A stretch of 38,676 nt of DNA from a virus (IMGVR_UViG_2974632988_000001:123923-162598), one strand, 5' to 3'. Positions 27,805 to 36,271 are shown, counted from the stretch's first letter. Made by a program: numbers and translations. Notes: generated from the sequence alone by a model not told the origin.

Positions 27805-28590
27805 TTAACCAATCCCTTTGAAGAATCCGTTTAATCCATCTGTACTTGGCTTACGCTTCGCATCAATAATAGTATCTACTTCCTTATTATTTACACCTGT
27901 TTCGAAAGCTTCTTTGTCTATGAAAATATCTTCACGCTTTAGCAATGTCTTTTGAACTGCATTGTGTTGTGAGTAATCCATATCTCGTACATATCGATGT
28001 TCTTTTAACAGGTCTGCTACTAGATATCGTAAAGTGGTGTCGATATTAATCGATATATTGTGTCCTTCTAGATGCTCTTTAGGGAAGAATAGATTCTTGT
28101 TATAATCAACTGTGTAATCTTGTCCTTCTAATAATTCACCTTGCATAGAAGTAACGAACTCGATTTTCTTTACATCATAGACCATAAAGAAACCATGTTC
28201 GATTCTACGCTTGGAAGCATCAAAAATGAATGACTGTGATATAACAGCTCTAGGAACGGTTATTCTGTCACGGAATGCGACTCGTGTTGCCCGTTCTGGT
28301 GTACCAATTGCGGAGCCTGTATCGATTAAACCTAAGTCACCATTGAATACGCCTTTCTCTTGGGACTGAATCATCATACCTATTTCTTTAGCAGGTAGGT
28401 AGGCAATCCCTCTCCCGTGACAGATTTTACAGCTTTGCTGTGGTTGTCTTGTTGCTCTATCGCGGCAAGGACATAAATAAGATTTCTCCCATAACACACG
28501 TTGGGCGAAGTTGTCAATATGACTATCTAAGTCAGGTAATCTATGAGTTGCCTGTGCGGTAGCTTGCAACATATACGGTTTATCCGCCAT
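27805..28590 (-). CDS. Head closure / neck protein with CPC...CKICHG Zn-finger-like motif (261 aa)
   Basis: LCPCRD...SCKICHGRG motif; synteny. Confidence 0.65.
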   Translation of the reverse strand: MADKPYMLQATAQATHRLPDLDSHIDNFAQRVLWEKSYLCPCRDRATRQPQQSCKICHGRGIAYLPAKEIGMMIQSQEKGVFNGDLGLIDTGSAIGTPERATRVAFRDRITVPRAVISQSFIFDASKRRIEHGFFMVYDVKKIEFVTSMQGELLEGQDYTVDYNKNLFFPKEHLEGHNISINIDTTLRYLVADLLKEHRYVRDMDYSQHNAVQKTLLKREDIFIDKEAFETGVNNKEVDTIIDAKRKPSTDGLNGFFKGIG

Positions 28591-28605
28591 ACTCTACCTC
28601 CTCTC

Positions 28606-29484
28606 TTAAATAATTCCTAAGTTAACTCCATAGTAAGATTTCAATCCATCTACTAATTCTTGGATATCTCTATCTAGCTGCATGATATCGGCTGATGCTC
28701 CGCCATACATAGCAGATTGAGTTGTATCAATGTGTTGTGAAATACCATCGATACTGATGTCCATAGACGCGATACCTGCACCTACGATTAAGCGACCCCA
28801 TTGTTGGAATACTTCTTTTAAAGCAATCTTGATAATGAGTGTCCATAAGTCAGGATGCATTTCCCACGGTTGTGATACGCCTCTTCGTTTTGGTGGTAAC
28901 ATACCAGCTACATACTCTACATGGAACATCTGTGGCGCGTAGTTATTACCTACTAAATGAGGAATACCAGCAATCATGGGATAACCGGAGTAGGCTTGCG
29001 CTAAATTCATGTTCTGACCCGATTCTGACAGCATTAGAGTCGGTAACATCTCTAAGTGACCCTCTAGCTTATAAACTCTCCACCACTTCGTAGGGTAGTC
29101 GAAAACGGTTCCTCCACCATACTCTAATGTAACCTTCTCTACTTGCATGATAGGTCTTTGAGTTGGTCTGATGAACATGAAGCTTTCGAAATCATTACGA
29201 TAGTAGTCATGATGTTCGGAGTTGTATCTAGGGAGTATTACGATGTCCAACTTCTTCTCTGCTTGTGCTACAGCTTGCTCTATCTTAGATTGATAGAATG
29301 CATCCGGCATGTATTCACCAGTTCTAGGGTCAGTAACGGTAATACCAAAGTGATTCATTTTAATGGCATCTACGGTTAATCCATAGTCTTCTAGTCGGAG
29401 TTTTTCAATATCTTCTACATTGATTAGTTTCTCGTTGTTATGTTGATATTGATTTCCTCTTTCGTTATTTGTGAACATATACAA
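28606..29484 (-). CDS. Head-tail adaptor protein (292 aa)
   Basis: SIDGISQ...TTQSAMYGGASA.I motif typical of the myovirus neck adaptor; synteny after the capsid. Confidence 0.7.
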   Translation of the reverse strand: MYMFTNNERGNQYQHNNEKLINVEDIEKLRLEDYGLTVDAIKMNHFGITVTDPRTGEYMPDAFYQSKIEQAVAQAEKKLDIVILPRYNSEHHDYYRNDFESFMFIRPTQRPIMQVEKVTLEYGGGTVFDYPTKWWRVYKLEGHLEMLPTLMLSESGQNMNLAQAYSGYPMIAGIPHLVGNNYAPQMFHVEYVAGMLPPKRRGVSQPWEMHPDLWTLIIKIALKEVFQQWGRLIVGAGIASMDISIDGISQHIDTTQSAMYGGASADIMQLDRDIQELVDGLKSYYGVNLGII

Positions 29485-29496
29485 CCCTACTCCCTA

Positions 29497-29727
29497 TTAT
29501 TTTTCTTCTTTATCAGCTTTAGGTGCAGTTTTTTTAGCCGGAGCTTTCTTTGCTGGAGCTTCTTTCTTTGGTTCCGGTTTTTCTTCTACTAGAGTGAATC
29601 CTTGAACATGCGCTAAAGCTTTTTCTACTTCTGGTTTAATATCTACGGCTTCACCTTTTTCATTGAAGGTGATATCTCCATATACTGATGCTACTGTCTT
29701 TCCTGCTAATTGTTCATTTACTAACAT
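29497..29727 (-). CDS. Small virion-associated protein with Lys/Ala/Pro-rich tail (76 aa)
   Basis: SD AAGGAG; C-terminal KKEAPAKKAPAKKTAPK. Confidence 0.7.
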   Translation of the reverse strand: MLVNEQLAGKTVASVYGDITFNEKGEAVDIKPEVEKALAHVQGFTLVEEKPEPKKEAPAKKAPAKKTAPKADKEEK

Positions 29728-29760
29728 AATAAATCTCCTTTATATCGTATTTTTTGAAAT

Positions 29761-29789
29761 AAAAAGGAGCAGATTTTTTGTCTGCTCCT
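29761..29789 (-). terminator. Intrinsic terminator after the major capsid gene
   Basis: AGGAGCAGA-7 nt-TCTGCTCCT followed by TTTT. Confidence 0.8.
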
Positions 29790-29936
29790 ATTCAATTTTT
29801 TATTTAGTTGTCAAAGGACGTACACTATGATATTATCAGGTTAGGGTATGGTAGTTGTCATAGGGTTATACCGCCTCAATTAAGAGGTCGGTATGCCTAT
29901 CTAATAGAAACCCTAACTAGTTTTGGTATGTATTAA

Positions 29937-31376
29937 TTAAGGACGGTAAGTAACATCTGCTGCTAAAGCTGGGATGTACTGAACGTTCTTGATACGAACC
30001 CATTTCTTAGGAGCGTATAATGCTAATGCACCGTACCATAACACTGTGAATGTTGTAGTAGCGTTCATTTGAGCTAATGGTAACTTCATCATTGGAAGTA
30101 ACTCTAGTAAACTAATTACTTGTGGAGTTAATTCACCGATGAATACATCAGTAGTCTCAGGAATCACTTGGTTACGGTCAACGAATGTGATTACACCGTT
30201 TTCGTCAGCTTTAGAAAGTGGAACACGAGCAACTAAGAAGTAGTGTCCTGTCTCGTTACCTTGACGGTATACAGAGATGAATTGCGGTTTAGCTTGGTAT
30301 AAAGATTGAAGCTTAACTGCAAGTGATACAGAGTCAGTAGGGTTAGCTACTACTGCTGTTACTGCTTCTGATGCTAATGATTCTGCATCGTCAGAGTGTA
30401 CTACAACTTTGTAAGAATGTGTTTTGATATCCTTAACTGGGCGGAATGCGCCTTTATCGTTTACCTTAACTGTAGCAACTACAGATGCAGGAGCTTGAGG
30501 AGCGTTTGGTTCTGGAATACGGTCAACTAAGATGTTGTCGTTCTCCATGATTGTAGAACCGTGTAAGTTGATAGCACCACGAGTAGATAAGAACTGGTTG
30601 ATAGAGAATCCAGTAGAGAATCCACCAGCTTGTGATGGTTGAATTACACGTTGACGGTCTAATAGATTGTTAGTGAAATCGGCTTGCACACCAATCGGCA
30701 TAAACGCATCAGTAGCTCGTCCATAACCTTTACCTACGATTACAGCCGCTTTGTTTAAAGTAGCCTCATCTAAACGTTCACCTTTAAGGTCGATAACGTT
30801 AGTAGCTTCGTCAATAAGCTTCGTTAAACCATCAAACTCGATACCAGCTTGGTTGTCTGCTTCTGCTGCTAATGCTGCGTCACCGTAAAAGATAGCCCAC
30901 TCGATAGATTTAGCAATTACAGAGATTGCATCTTCCGTTAAGATAGTCATTGGGTCAGCGATGTTGTTAACTAAACCAGCAGCAAGTGATTGTTGCTTAG
31001 TGTCAGATAAGAACTTCATTTGAACCGTTTTTTGACGGATGTTAGGGTCATTGATAGATGCTACCCCAACCTCACGAACGAAACGAGAGTGACCTGTACG
31101 ACCATGTTGATTGAAGACTGCGTATTTAGCCACTGTTGAGTTAACTTGTTGTTTGTTAATCAACGGATAAATAGTGAAATCTCCATTTGTGAATGCAAGC
31201 ATTTTTACTTGGTCGTCTAAAAGTTCACGACGTAAAGCTGCTGCGTCATGCTGTGTATCTGGAGTAATACCAGTACCAGTTGTAAATGACTTCGAAACTA
31301 ATTCCGCTAATTCCGCTTCTGCGCCAGCAGGGAGCTTACGAGCTTCGACTTTCTGTTCTTTTTGTAATTCTGTCAT
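29937..31376 (-). CDS. Major capsid protein precursor (479 aa)
   Basis: KSFTTG.GITPDTQ.DAAALRRE.LDDQ signature of the SPO1/A511/Twort-type capsid; predicted propeptide cleavage K29|S30. Confidence 0.97.
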   Translation of the reverse strand: MTELQKEQKVEARKLPAGAEAELAELVSKSFTTGTGITPDTQHDAAALRRELLDDQVKMLAFTNGDFTIYPLINKQQVNSTVAKYAVFNQHGRTGHSRFVREVGVASINDPNIRQKTVQMKFLSDTKQQSLAAGLVNNIADPMTILTEDAISVIAKSIEWAIFYGDAALAAEADNQAGIEFDGLTKLIDEATNVIDLKGERLDEATLNKAAVIVGKGYGRATDAFMPIGVQADFTNNLLDRQRVIQPSQAGGFSTGFSINQFLSTRGAINLHGSTIMENDNILVDRIPEPNAPQAPASVVATVKVNDKGAFRPVKDIKTHSYKVVVHSDDAESLASEAVTAVVANPTDSVSLAVKLQSLYQAKPQFISVYRQGNETGHYFLVARVPLSKADENGVITFVDRNQVIPETTDVFIGELTPQVISLLELLPMMKLPLAQMNATTTFTVLWYGALALYAPKKWVRIKNVQYIPALAADVTYRP

Positions 31377-31450
31377 TTATAAATTCTTCCTTTCTAGTAT
31401 ATGTATTTTATATATTTTATTGATAACGTAATTTATCTCCCCTTAACTCT

Positions 31451-31459
31451 ATTATACCA
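31451..31459 (-). promoter_or_regulatory. Extended -10 promoter (TGGTATAAT) for the capsid gene
   Basis: Exact motif ~75 nt upstream of the start. Confidence 0.6.
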
Positions 31460-31466
31460 CAAATGG

Positions 31467-31500
31467 AAAAGGTAACTTAGGAGGAGGGAAGCTACCTTTT
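31467..31500 (-). terminator. Terminator-like hairpin between scaffold and capsid genes
   Basis: GGTAGCTT-CCCTCCTCCT-AAGTTACC followed by TTTT. Confidence 0.55.
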
Positions 31501-31523
31501 CGTATTTTTAGAGCCTACGAGTA

Positions 31524-31533
31524 TAATATAACA
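31524..31533 (-). promoter_or_regulatory. Late promoter TGTTATATTA
   Basis: Exact match to the Twort-like late promoter consensus. Confidence 0.65.
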
Positions 31534-31561
31534 CTTCTTACTTATTTTTTTCGGAAATGGA

Positions 31562-32476
31562 TTATTTACCTAAAACTTTTTTGAAGATTGCGATATCATC
31601 TTCTGTTTCGCGTCCTTCTTTGACACGGTTAACTGCGTGGAATACACGGTGGTTAGTACCTGCATCAAATTTACTAGCGATAGCGATATCTACTACTTGA
31701 GAAGTATAGTCAGCAGCTTTAAATACTTCTTCAACTACTTCCTCTTCTTTTTCGTCTCCTTCGACAAAGATATCAGCAGACTTAGCGATATACTCTACTG
31801 CTTTACCTTCTGGTTCCTCTTCTTCAACAGCAGTCATAGATTTTTCTACAACTTCCTCTTTCACTTCTTCCTCTTCCTTAACCTCAGGTTCTTTAACTTC
31901 TTCTTCCTTAGGCTCTTCCACTACTTCTTCCTTAACCTCTTCTTTCTTAAGGTTCTCGAAATGTTTAGCGATATTTTCAATCACAGGAAGGATGGATTTA
32001 GTTACTTCTTCGATAATAGAAGTACGCTGTTCTTTCAATTCAGTTTTAACGCCCTCATAAGACTTTACAACGGCTTCGAACGCAGTTAATAGTTCTGCAC
32101 CAGAAATCAATTCAGAAGCTTCTGCTGGAGCTGTAGGTGCCTCAGATTTCTTAACTTCTTCCTTGTCCTCTTTTTTATCCTTATCTTTACCTTTTTCCTT
32201 GTCCTTGCCTTTTTCTTTCTCGTCCTTCTTGTCTTCTTTGTCTTCTTTTTTCTCAGCAGACTTTTCGACAACTTCTTCCTCTTCTTCTTTAGCCTCTTCG
32301 ACTTTTTCTTCGTCTTCTTTAGCTTCTTCTTCCTTCTCTTCTGGTTCCGGAATTTTAGCCTCGGCTACAGGGGTAACGTCTTGTTCGACAGCTAGTTCCA
32401 TAGATTTTGAAACTTCTTCCTTCTCTGACATTCCCTCTAGTTCTTTCGTTAACTCAGAAATTTTTACTTGTGTCAT
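31562..32476 (-). CDS. Highly charged (Glu/Lys) scaffold-like protein (304 aa)
   Basis: Lies between protease and capsid; low-complexity E/K tracts; seven [VI]-x-K-S sites. Confidence 0.75.
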   Translation of the reverse strand: MTQVKISELTKELEGMSEKEEVSKSMELAVEQDVTPVAEAKIPEPEEKEEEAKEDEEKVEEAKEEEEEVVEKSAEKKEDKEDKKDEKEKGKDKEKGKDKDKKEDKEEVKKSEAPTAPAEASELISGAELLTAFEAVVKSYEGVKTELKEQRTSIIEEVTKSILPVIENIAKHFENLKKEEVKEEVVEEPKEEEVKEPEVKEEEEVKEEVVEKSMTAVEEEEPEGKAVEYIAKSADIFVEGDEKEEEVVEEVFKAADYTSQVVDIAIASKFDAGTNHRVFHAVNRVKEGRETEDDIAIFKKVLGK

Positions 32477-32479
32477 TAA

Positions 32480-33289
32480 TTATTGCTCCCTTCTGGATTT
32501 CGAATAAAATGTTTTTAATTTCTCTAATGCTTCATTTCTAGAATATCCTTTAGCAATCTGCAAGAATAGCATCGCGCACTCAGGAGTATTTCTATCCATC
32601 GCATCTAGGTAATCTCCTATTTTATCCCATGTTTCTTCAAACTCAGAATCACTAGATTTCTTTAAAGTCCATGTAAGATTATAAAGACTTCTAGCAAAAG
32701 ATTCCGGGCTTAATGCTCCAGCATCTAAAGCGTTTTCTGGAGAGATAGGATAACCAGCCGTAAAGGACTTCATAAAGTGTTCCCATGTTGCAAATGGGTT
32801 AGCTGGATTCGATGTTACTGCTACGTTTGTAACTTTTAACTTTTTAAGAATACGTGGGTCATCTTCGTCCCGTCCGTAACCGAACCCCTCTACAGAGAAC
32901 CCTAGTTTACGTTTGATACCGGACTTCTTAATGTTTGTTGCTAAATCCCACATAGTCTTAGCGTAAGGGTTGTCCTTGTATAGTTTACATTCAACATATA
33001 AACCAACTTCCGGGTCAACATAAGTCCCTTCTGTTGGAACTCCTATCTTGTAGAAGTCTCCTTGTTGATGTTCGTAGTTTATATATCCATGCTGCAAGAA
33101 GTAATTGATGTCGATACCAGCAGGGTCAACAATGTCATCCTGTCGGTCTAAATCACGAGTTGTTGCGTACCCACGAAGATACCAAGATTTCTCGGAAGGA
33201 GAATCGTCATTCTTTTTAATAGATTCTTCAATGTCGATTGGTACGAACATATTAAACTTACCTGTTGCTTTATCCACATATGTTTCCAA
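32480..33289 (-). CDS. Prohead protease (HK97/U35-like fold)
   Basis: LRGYAT...INYEH...LGFSVEG...VAVTSNPANP motifs. SD spacing favours the TTG at 33289 over the ATG at 33295. Confidence 0.9.
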   Translation of the reverse strand: METYVDKATGKFNMFVPIDIEESIKKNDDSPSEKSWYLRGYATTRDLDRQDDIVDPAGIDINYFLQHGYINYEHQQGDFYKIGVPTEGTYVDPEVGLYVECKLYKDNPYAKTMWDLATNIKKSGIKRKLGFSVEGFGYGRDEDDPRILKKLKVTNVAVTSNPANPFATWEHFMKSFTAGYPISPENALDAGALSPESFARSLYNLTWTLKKSSDSEFEETWDKIGDYLDAMDRNTPECAMLFLQIAKGYSRNEALEKLKTFYSKSRREQ

Positions 33290-33330
33290 CTGCATTCCTC
33301 CTTTCTAAGTGGTACGATAGTAACTGATAT

Positions 33331-33338
33331 TAATATAG
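33331..33338 (-). promoter_or_regulatory. Putative late promoter -10 (TGCTATATTA)
   Basis: Recurrent motif upstream of the protease SD, inside an 11-bp inverted repeat. Confidence 0.6.
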
Positions 33339-33361
33339 CAAAAGTACCACTTAGTCGAGGT

Positions 33362-33604
33362 TTATTTCAATTTCATTAAAGGTGCGTATCGTTTAAAGAA
33401 GCGTAAAAGTAGTTTAGAGTTTTCATAGTTGTAACTAGCCATCGCGTCTGTTGCAATACCTTCATGAATACCTAAGGTAAGTGTTAACATTGCGAATAAC
33501 TCTAATTCCACTTCGTCGTAATATTCAAGAACATCTTCGTCATAACAACGGGAATCTAGTTTACTTTTTAGCTTTTCTAGCGTCACTGTTGACTGTTTCT
33601 CCAT
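33362..33604 (-). CDS. Hypothetical acidic protein (80 aa) overlapping the portal 3' end
   Basis: SD AAGGAGG embedded in the portal coding sequence. Confidence 0.55.
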   Translation of the reverse strand: MEKQSTVTLEKLKSKLDSRCYDEDVLEYYDEVELELFAMLTLTLGIHEGIATDAMASYNYENSKLLLRFFKRYAPLMKLK

Positions 33605-35288
33605 TATTGCCTTTTCCTCCTTGCTTTGCAGAGTTGGTATTTCTAGCTCCTTTTACTTGACCATCTTTACCTACAGTCTTGTTAAAGGTACCTTTACCAT
33701 TGACATTACCGGAATCGCCGTTCATGCCTTTTTGTTGCGCTTCTGACTGCTCTTTGGTTGGTGTCTTGGTTTTAGCTGCTGCATTCGCTTGTTTGGCTTC
33801 TTGCTTCTGTAATGCGAACTGTTGCTCCATCATTTTCTCTTGCATGATTTGACCTAGACTTTGTACGTGAACACCACTATTGATTACGTCTCCACCTTCT
33901 ACTGGAGGATAGCCAAGCTTCTTACGGATATCATTAAATGTAAGACCGACTTTAGACTGTAATTCAAGAGTTTCTAAGATTTCACGTTCTGTCTGTGCGT
34001 CTCCACCAACGAATGTGAATATGTACTTGTCACCAAATTGTGAAACTATGTATTTGTTAATTGCATCCTCTAGGAACTTTAATAGAGGCTCTAATCCTTT
34101 GTCACGAGATATACGGTTCTTTTCTCGTGCGCTTGTTTCGTTTAATGTGCTACCAGAACTACCAGTAGCTCCTCCACGGTTCGGGAAGTTAATCTCCGAT
34201 GGGTCGATAGCATAGATACTACATAAAACGTTAATTAGATAGTTTAGCCATCTCTCGAACTCCATATCTCTCGATGATTGAGTCATATTGATAAACTTAA
34301 CATCTTCTGCGGATACAACCGGAATCTTCCAAGCACCGTTAATGCCACTAAACATAGTTTGCCATTCGCGACGGAATGCTTGTAAAGCGTGTCTTGATTG
34401 GTCTTGTCCAGTTTTGATGTGAAGTAATCCACGAGTCGTACCACCTTGAGCAAAGTAACGAGCATTGAATAGCTCTGTGTTCTCATGGTATTGTAAATGA
34501 TTCATTGCTAATTCTAACTCTGAATACCCATACCTACCTATAGTCATGTCAGTACGCGGGTTATGTACTTCCCAAGCCATCTCTTTTGCTTTGAAATGAG
34601 CTACTGGTCTACGGTCTAACACCTGTACGAACTTATCGACGTTATCGCCTTTAGGTTCTTTACCGTCTTCGTCAACCGCTACATAGATTGTAGAAGCATC
34701 AACAGCTTTGAATCGAGTTAGTTCGCCCTCTTTATTGTAGATTAATTCGAAGTTAATCTTGTCATAAATAAGGCGGTCACGGATAATCTTCTTAATGAAC
34801 CCACGGAAGTTATCTCGTGTGAAGTCGTCCTTAACCTTTCCGGTGTATTGCAGGAAGTCTTCTATGCGCTGGATTGCAGCTTCTTCATGTGTAGTTGGGT
34901 CTTTAAACGGGTCTTTCAATCGAACCTCGTAGCCCACACCTCTCGAACTATACCGAGCCGGACTACAGAACATTGAGACTTGGTTAACGCGGGTATTGAT
35001 GATGGCATTCACAATAATGTTCTTTCGTGACCACAACTTTAGGTTTTCTAATAGATTGTAGTTACCATCTTTTGAAGGAGCTTCCTTGTAATCAGGGTTA
35101 ATTGAGAACTGACCTAATATCGGTTCTTCGTAAGCTTTAGCTCTACCTTCTTTGGCTGTTGTACTTTTCATAATCTGCTCTTCTTCAATCTGTCGAATCA
35201 TTGTAGATATCTCAGAGTGCTTGTCCTCTGGATTCAATAACTCTAGCGGATTTGAAGGAGCTTTTTTTAGGAAATCCCAGAATCCCAT
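33561..35288 (-). CDS. Portal protein (~575 aa)
   Basis: F.QGGTTRGLLHIK...GINGAWKIPVV...DMEFERWLNYLIN...IDPSEINFPN portal motifs; SD favours ATG 35288. Confidence 0.95.
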   Translation of the reverse strand: MGFWDFLKKAPSNPLELLNPEDKHSEISTMIRQIEEEQIMKSTTAKEGRAKAYEEPILGQFSINPDYKEAPSKDGNYNLLENLKLWSRKNIIVNAIINTRVNQVSMFCSPARYSSRGVGYEVRLKDPFKDPTTHEEAAIQRIEDFLQYTGKVKDDFTRDNFRGFIKKIIRDRLIYDKINFELIYNKEGELTRFKAVDASTIYVAVDEDGKEPKGDNVDKFVQVLDRRPVAHFKAKEMAWEVHNPRTDMTIGRYGYSELELAMNHLQYHENTELFNARYFAQGGTTRGLLHIKTGQDQSRHALQAFRREWQTMFSGINGAWKIPVVSAEDVKFINMTQSSRDMEFERWLNYLINVLCSIYAIDPSEINFPNRGGATGSSGSTLNETSAREKNRISRDKGLEPLLKFLEDAINKYIVSQFGDKYIFTFVGGDAQTEREILETLELQSKVGLTFNDIRKKLGYPPVEGGDVINSGVHVQSLGQIMQEKMMEQQFALQKQEAKQANAAAKTKTPTKEQSEAQQKGMNGDSGNVNGKGTFNKTVGKDGQVKGARNTNSAKQGGKGNNGETVNSDARKAKK

Positions 35289-35308
35289 TTGCATTCCACC
35301 TTCTATTC

Positions 35309-35325
35309 AAATAAAATAGGGAATA
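35309..35325 (+). repeat. 17-bp repeat copy 1 (AAATAAAATAGGGAATA)
   Basis: Identical core to the copies at 36252, 36406 and (inverted) 37299. Confidence 0.85.
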
Positions 35326-35332
35326 TTCTGAA

Positions 35333-35605
35333 TTATCTGTATTCGAAAACCTTACGACTGTTCTTGACATCGAGATAACTTGCATAGACTATTTCCCCGT
35401 TCGCATCAATTAAGGCTACATTCTTATCTCCGGTCATATCCATGATTAATAGTTTCTCTCGGTCTATGATGGCATACACTTTCACTTTCGTTCCACCTAA
35501 GAGCCTGTAGTAACTAACCACTTCAATCCAAGTTAAACCTGTAGCTAAAAGTTGCTTTGCTTTATTCCATTTTTCATCTTTTTGATATGAGGTCAATAAA
35601 ACCAC
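35333..35605 (-). CDS. Hypothetical protein upstream of the portal (90 aa)
   Basis: ORF behind late and extended -10 promoters; synteny. Confidence 0.65.
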   Translation of the reverse strand: MVLLTSYQKDEKWNKAKQLLATGLTWIEVVSYYRLLGGTKVKVYAIIDREKLLIMDMTGDKNVALIDANGEIVYASYLDVKNSRKVFEYR

Positions 35606-35616
35606 ACCCTATTTAT

Positions 35617-35624
35617 TAATATAG
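35617..35624 (-). promoter_or_regulatory. Putative late promoter -10 (TACTATATTA)
   Basis: Recurrent motif at the head of the portal operon. Confidence 0.6.
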
Positions 35625-35663
35625 TACTAAGTAGTTGATTTTGTTGGAAATGTCCTTACTTCT

Positions 35664-35672
35664 ATTATACCA
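35664..35672 (-). promoter_or_regulatory. Extended -10 promoter (TGGTATAAT)
   Basis: Exact motif just downstream of a terminator. Confidence 0.55.
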
Positions 35673-35704
35673 TATATAAGGTATCTCCCTGTTTTCGTGG
35701 ACAT

Positions 35705-35736
35705 AAAAAATGCCCCACCACGATACGTAGTAGGGC
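35705..35736 (-). terminator. Intrinsic terminator with no upstream protein gene
   Basis: GCCCTACTAC-loop-GTGGTGGGGC (G-U pairs) followed by ATTTTTT. Confidence 0.7.
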
Positions 35737-35895
35737 GAATCCGTTTCATTTAAGAGCGTGTTAGCATAAAACGAATGAAAAGTTAAACCTATTCAAAGTG
35801 AGAAGGATAATATGCCTAACAAAACATGTATCTAAGATTTCACGAATCAGAGGAGGAGAAAACTAGATACTGATAGGTTATGGGGGAACCTATAC
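35705..35895 (-). ncRNA. Candidate ~190-nt small RNA with C-rich / anti-SD loops
   Basis: TATAAT at 35900-35905, two hairpins, terminator at the 3' end, no ORF. Confidence 0.4.
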
Positions 35896-36250
35896 TTATA
35901 TTATAACCTGTATTGAAGAAAAATACACACTAACAAGTAAAATATTTTAAAAATTCTGAATATTTATTTTAGGGTTAATTTTGACAAAGGTTTAACTCGT
36001 TTATCCGCGTATATGAGGTACCCAGCAGCCTCGTACGGCGTTCCTTCATTATCGTTAGATAAATTACATTAGAATCGTTCAATCGGCTTCTATCGGCTTC
36101 ATCTGTCCTGATGAGCTACTTGTCTTTTATTAATTAAATTTTTGGACGTAGAGTATAATAAATATAACTAAATAAAATAACTAATATTAAATATTATATA
36201 TGTAATTAAATATAAATAATAAATACACTAATAGATATAGGGAACAGTTA

Positions 36251-36271
36251 AAAATAAAATAGGGAATAGTA
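36251..36271 (+). repeat. Repeat copy 2 (AAAATAAAATAGGGAATAGTA)
   Basis: 21-nt identity to the reverse complement of 37296-37316. Confidence 0.85.

Noticed and set aside
29925-29945. Capsid ends CCT TAA, similar to CCC-TAA +1 frameshift sites that add Ig domains in other phages
   Set aside because: The +1 frame hits TAA after two codons, so no extension is possible.
600-34486. The many plus-strand ORFs in the track that overlap structural genes (e.g. 600-962, 3582-4058, 12217-12792, 14616-15338, 31637-32089), plus short out-of-frame minus-strand ORFs (e.g. 8980-9189, 14671-14931, 26808-27011)
   Set aside because: Antisense or alternate-frame shadows of long genes: no SDs, and composition mirrors the real strand (Ser/Phe/Leu/Pro-rich).
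35812-35835. Plus-strand mini-ORF MPNKTCI with an AAGGA SD
   Set aside because: Only 7 codons with no supporting promoter; better explained as the antisense of the candidate sRNA, though it cannot be excluded.
35981-36009. TTGACA in the intergenic region as a plus-strand promoter
   Set aside because: No -10 hexamer at 16-18 nt spacing.
36107-36130. CTGATGAG resembling a hammerhead ribozyme core
   Set aside because: No stem II followed by GAAA and no matching stem I/III partners nearby.
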